This document shows positions 60,313 to 64,000 of a stretch of 64,000 nucleotides of DNA, one piece after another. The notes beneath the pieces were generated by a model. It saw only the letters and a program-made list of their open reading frames with translations, did no database searches and was not told the DNA's origin. The first letter of the stretch is position 1. The number at the start of each line of letters is the position of its first letter. The stretch covers positions 124,001 through 188,000 of the forward strand of contig MU004200.1 in assembly GCA_010093605.1 (NCBI GenBank), written 5' to 3'. The stretch is from Lophium mytilinum. Taxonomy: Eukaryota. The position numbers and the translations under genes were made by a program.

Positions 60313-62147
60313 ATGCAAGCTCCGGTGGTCGTGATGAGTATGCCCTCCACGCCTCCAAAACATCACCAGCTAATCGGGACCAGACACCCAGACGGGCGGA
60401 GAGAGACAGTTTGGCCGCAAGGCGCAGCTGTCAAACATAACTGCTGCAAAGACGTAGGTGAACCGGTATCCATTTCATTGTCCCTTTGCTCACACCATGT
60501 TACAGCGTCGCAGACATCATCCGGTCATGTCTAGGCCCCAAGGCCATGCTGAAGATGCTGCTGGATCCTATGGGCGGCATCGTCCTCACCAATGACGGCC
60601 ATGCCATTCTCCGGGAGATTGAGGTGGCGCATCCGGCCGCGAAGAGCATGATTGAATTAAGCCGGACACAAGACGAAGAGGTGGGAGACGGCACCACCAC
60701 CGTCATAATATTAGGTACGTTGACTACGAAGCTCAGCTCGATGAATGGTACTGACATTGAAATCAGCCGGCGAAATGCTTGCGCAAGCTCTCCCTCAACT
60801 CGAACGAAATATCCATCCCGTCGTGATAATCCAGGCCTACAAACGCGCTCTCGCCGACGCTCTCAAGATCATCGAAGAGATTTCAATCCCCGTAGACATC
60901 GACGACGACAAGGCCATGACTACGCTAATATCCGCGTCAATCGGCACAAAGTTTGTCTCGCGCTGGTCGGAGCTCATGTGCGGCCTAGCCCTCAAAGCCG
61001 TCCGTACCGTTTCGTTTGACGCCGGAGCGACCAAGGCGGAGGTGGATATCAAGCGATATGCCCGCGTGGAGAAGATCCCCGGTGGCGAGATTGAGGACAG
61101 CGAGGTTCTGGACGGAGTCATGCTCAACAAAGACATCACACATCCCAAGATGCGGAGACGGATAGAGAACCCCAGGATCCTGCTTTTGGATTGCCCACTC
61201 GAGTATAAGAAGGGCGAGAGTCAGACGAACATCGAAATCAGCAAGGAAGAAGACTGGAACCGGATACTACAGATCGAAGAAGAGCAGGTCAAAGCCATGA
61301 CCGATGCGATTATCGCCCTAAAGCCCGACCTCGTCATCACCGAGAAGGGCGTCAGTGGTAAGCTAAACACCTGTTCGATTATCTTCGAGCTCGACTAATT
61401 CCCGCAGATCTCGCCCAACACTACTTCGTTAAAGCAAACATCACCGCCCTCCGGCGCGTCCGCAAAACAGACAACAACCGCATCGCCCGCGCCACAGGCG
61501 CCACCATCGTGAACGCCATTCCCTCCGCCACACTCTCTGACATCGGGACACACTGCGGTCTCTTCGAAATTAGCAAAATCGGCGACGAGTACTTCACCTT
61601 CCTGACAAAATGCCAAGACCCCAAAGCCTGCACCATCCTCCTCCGTGGCCCCTCAAAAGACATCCTCAACGAAGTCGAGCGCAACCTTCACGACGCTATG
61701 GGCGTCGCCCGCAACGTCATCTGGAACCCGCGCCTGTGCCCCGGTGGCGGCGCGACAGAAATGGCTGTCGCGGTTGGCCTGGAGCGCATGGCGAAGAGCG
61801 TCGAGGGCGTTGCGCAGTGGCCATACCGCGCGGTCGCGGAGGCCATGGAGGTAATCCCGCGCACGCTGATCCAGAACTCCGGCAACAGCCCCATCCGCGT
61901 GCTTACACAGCTCCGGGCGAAGCACGCCGAGGGTGCCGACTTCAGCGGCAGCTCATGGGGAATTGATGGCGATAGCGGCAAGGTGGTGGACATGAAGACG
62001 TACGGTATCTGGGAGCCGATGGTGATCAAAGAGCAGAGCATCAAGACGGCCGTGGAGAGCGCGTGTATGCTGCTGCGGGTGGATGATATTGTGGCGGCCA
62101 AGGCGGCGAAGCAGGCGAGTGGGCCGATTGGGCAGCCTGAGGAGTAG
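60313..62147 (+). CDS. CCT3: T-complex protein 1 subunit gamma
   Basis: MQAPVVVM; CLGPKAMLKMLLDPMGG; QDEEVGDGTTT; RVEKIPGG; KKGESQTNIEI; TILLRGPSKD; LLRVDDIV. Four introns. Confidence 0.97.
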
Positions 62148-62596
62148 AGTGTGGATAGGTAGGAGGTCGGATGCTGCACCTGGTCAGAAGTACCGTGCGT
62201 TGGTCTGGTAGAAGCTAAAAGCTTGTATACTATGCCCCCAAGTAAATGAAATCAAAACGATCAGATAACATGAAACTGCGTCCATGTGAGATGCAGTGCG
62301 ACATTCAATAGGCTGAATTCAGGCGCTATATCAGATGGAAACGTCAGCTCTACATATCAGCAAGCCAGAAAGCACCCCAGGTCGCTCAATTCGAGTTGTA
62401 TCAATGTCTCTTCTGATCAGCCTACCGAATGCATATTTAGGTCTCTCAGTCTTTCTATCTACCGTGCCAGTACCTGTAGACACCAACGCCAAACCCCCTT
62501 TATCAGTCTAGCTTATCATTACGTCGTCACTCATAACGTGAGATAGTTGGCCCAGCCATCCATCTCCAACGTACTTAACGTCTCAAGCCCGCCCTC

Positions 62597-64000
62597 TCAA
62601 TACACCTCCCCAAACCCACACCTTTCAGCCTCCTTCAGCCTCTCCACCTCATCAGCTCTCACCTTCCCCTCCCTCACCCGCTCATCCAACCCCTCTCCAT
62701 CCTCCTCTTCCTCCCCATCCCCCTCTTCCCCTTCCTCAACCTCCATACACCCCTTCAACGCCTCCTCCAAAATCGGCTTCTCCCGCTCCCTCTCCTTCCC
62801 CGCCGCCGCCTCCAAATCATCACTCACCTCATCCCCATCCCCCAACGCATCCGCCCTCGCCCCACTCCCCATCCCACTCGCTGCGACCCACTCCGCCTCA
62901 CTCATCCGCCTCGTCGCCGCCTTCCGCTCCCGGCTCTGCGTGCTATCCTTCTCCCGCTGCCGCGAGCTCGCCCGGAACCGATTCCCCTGCTTCCCCCCCC
63001 CTGCCCCCTCCGTCTTCGCCTTCGCCGCCCCGTGCGCGTGCCCGTGATGCGCCCCCTGGTGGTGGTGTAGCTGGTGGTGCTGGTGCATGTTCGGGAAGTA
63101 GTCGCTGTCATCCGACAGCCCGCCCGCTCCTGCGGCCTCCCCCGGGGTGCCCGTGCCAGAGCGCGAGCCGCCGAAGTCGCGGCCCGGGTGCAAGTGGCGT
63201 AGGATGGAGGGGTCGCGGGGCGCGGGCGGGTAGCGGGTTAGTGGGATGGTGGTGGCGGCGTCTTCCTGCTCGGAGGTGTTGGGGCTGCCGTCGGAGGAGG
63301 AGAGGGGGTCGGCGGAGGCCGACGCTGAGGCGTCGTTGGGGGACATTGGCATTGGCGGGAGGAGGGCCGAGGTGGGTTTGGCGGAGGTGGAGGTCGTGGT
63401 GTTGCTGGTTTTGCGAGGAGTTTTGGAGGGGGTGGGTTCGGCGATGGTGGGCGGGGAGGGATCTTTTTCTTGATGAGAGATTTTCGAGGGTGACGTGGTG
63501 TGAGTGTGGGGATCGTCGTTGGTTTTCGGGGTCGTGGTAGGGAGGGCAGGGGCTGGGAGGGCGCTACCGGTTGCAAAGTCGGCGGTGTTTTGACGCCTTG
63601 CGCGGCGAGGGAAGACGACTTGAGAGTGGTTGCAGCCGTCTGCACAGCCGCCCCAGCGACGGACGGGGATGACTGGGGAGGACGAGTAAGGAGGTGGTGG
63701 GGGCCCTTTGGAGGAGGTTAAAGAGCCGGTGCTGGCGGAGTGCTTCTCGAGAGAGGCGGCGCGGCGTTTGAGTTCAGACCAGGTGCGTAGCTCGTTTTGG
63801 AGGATGTAGCGGCCGTTGGACTGATTTTGCTTCATGACGATGAACTCGCAATGGTTGACATTTCGAAGGTCTTCAAAGTATTCGACCGACCAATGATACC
63901 TGGGAAGCGTGAGTGATGTGAAGGAAAGGTTCCAGGGCAAGCAGAGTCCTACCATTTCATCAAGAAGACTCTTGTCATAAGCCCATGCGTGACCAGCACG
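62597..64000 (-). CDS. DET1: Histidine phosphatase/phosphoglycerate mutase family, Det1-like (3' part; 5' end outside the window)
   Basis: VLVTHGLMTRVFLMKW|YHWSVEYFEDLRNVNHCEF..YILQNELRTW; intron ~63900-63952; long low-complexity C-terminal tail. Confidence 0.8.
   Translation of the reverse strand, partial: RAGHAWAYDKSLLDEMVGLCLPWNLSFTSLTLPRYHWSVEYFEDLRNVNHCEFIVMKQNQSNGRYILQNELRTWSELKRRAASLEKHSASTGSLTSSKGPPPPPYSSSPVIPVRRWGGCADGCNHSQVVFPRRARRQNTADFATGSALPAPALPTTTPKTNDDPHTHTTSPSKISHQEKDPSPPTIAEPTPSKTPRKTSNTTTSTSAKPTSALLPPMPMSPNDASASASADPLSSSDGSPNTSEQEDAATTIPLTRYPPAPRDPSILRHLHPGRDFGGSRSGTGTPGEAAGAGGLSDDSDYFPNMHQHHQLHHHQGAHHGHAHGAAKAKTEGAGGGKQGNRFRASSRQREKDSTQSRERKAATRRMSEAEWVAASGMGSGARADALGDGDEVSDDLEAAAGKEREREKPILEEALKGCMEVEEGEEGDGEEEEDGEGLDERVREGKVRADEVERLKEAERCGFGEVY

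Overview
Intron-containing genomic DNA of a filamentous ascomycete (Pezizomycotina, probably a Dothideomycete; inferred from GT..CTRAC..YAG introns, gene content and RIP). About 26 genes can be reconstructed by hand. The flanks hold mostly housekeeping genes: SPOUT methyltransferase, a Cys homolog of selenoprotein K, ALDH, double-Myb telobox protein, 2-Cys peroxiredoxin, gamma-COP and F-BAR RhoGAP on the left; Sec2, CCT3 and Det1-like phosphatase on the right. Between them (about 22.9-55 kb) is an accessory and catabolic block. It includes secreted proteins, a DUF3712-like protein, a divergent class II aldolase/beta-hydroxyacid dehydrogenase pair, a divergent hydantoinase-DUF917/NCS1 permease pair, a heme-thiolate peroxidase ending in a CaaX box, a 3.7-kb RIP-destroyed hAT transposon with intact ends, a KP4-like toxin/effector, a frameshifted PEBP and a cyclase-family hydrolase. 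Several small spliced genes are missed or only partly shown by the ORF track (SelK-like, PAM2-motif protein, KP4-like). The first ~3.5 kb looks like decayed genes. All family assignments come from motif recognition by eye; no database searches were run.
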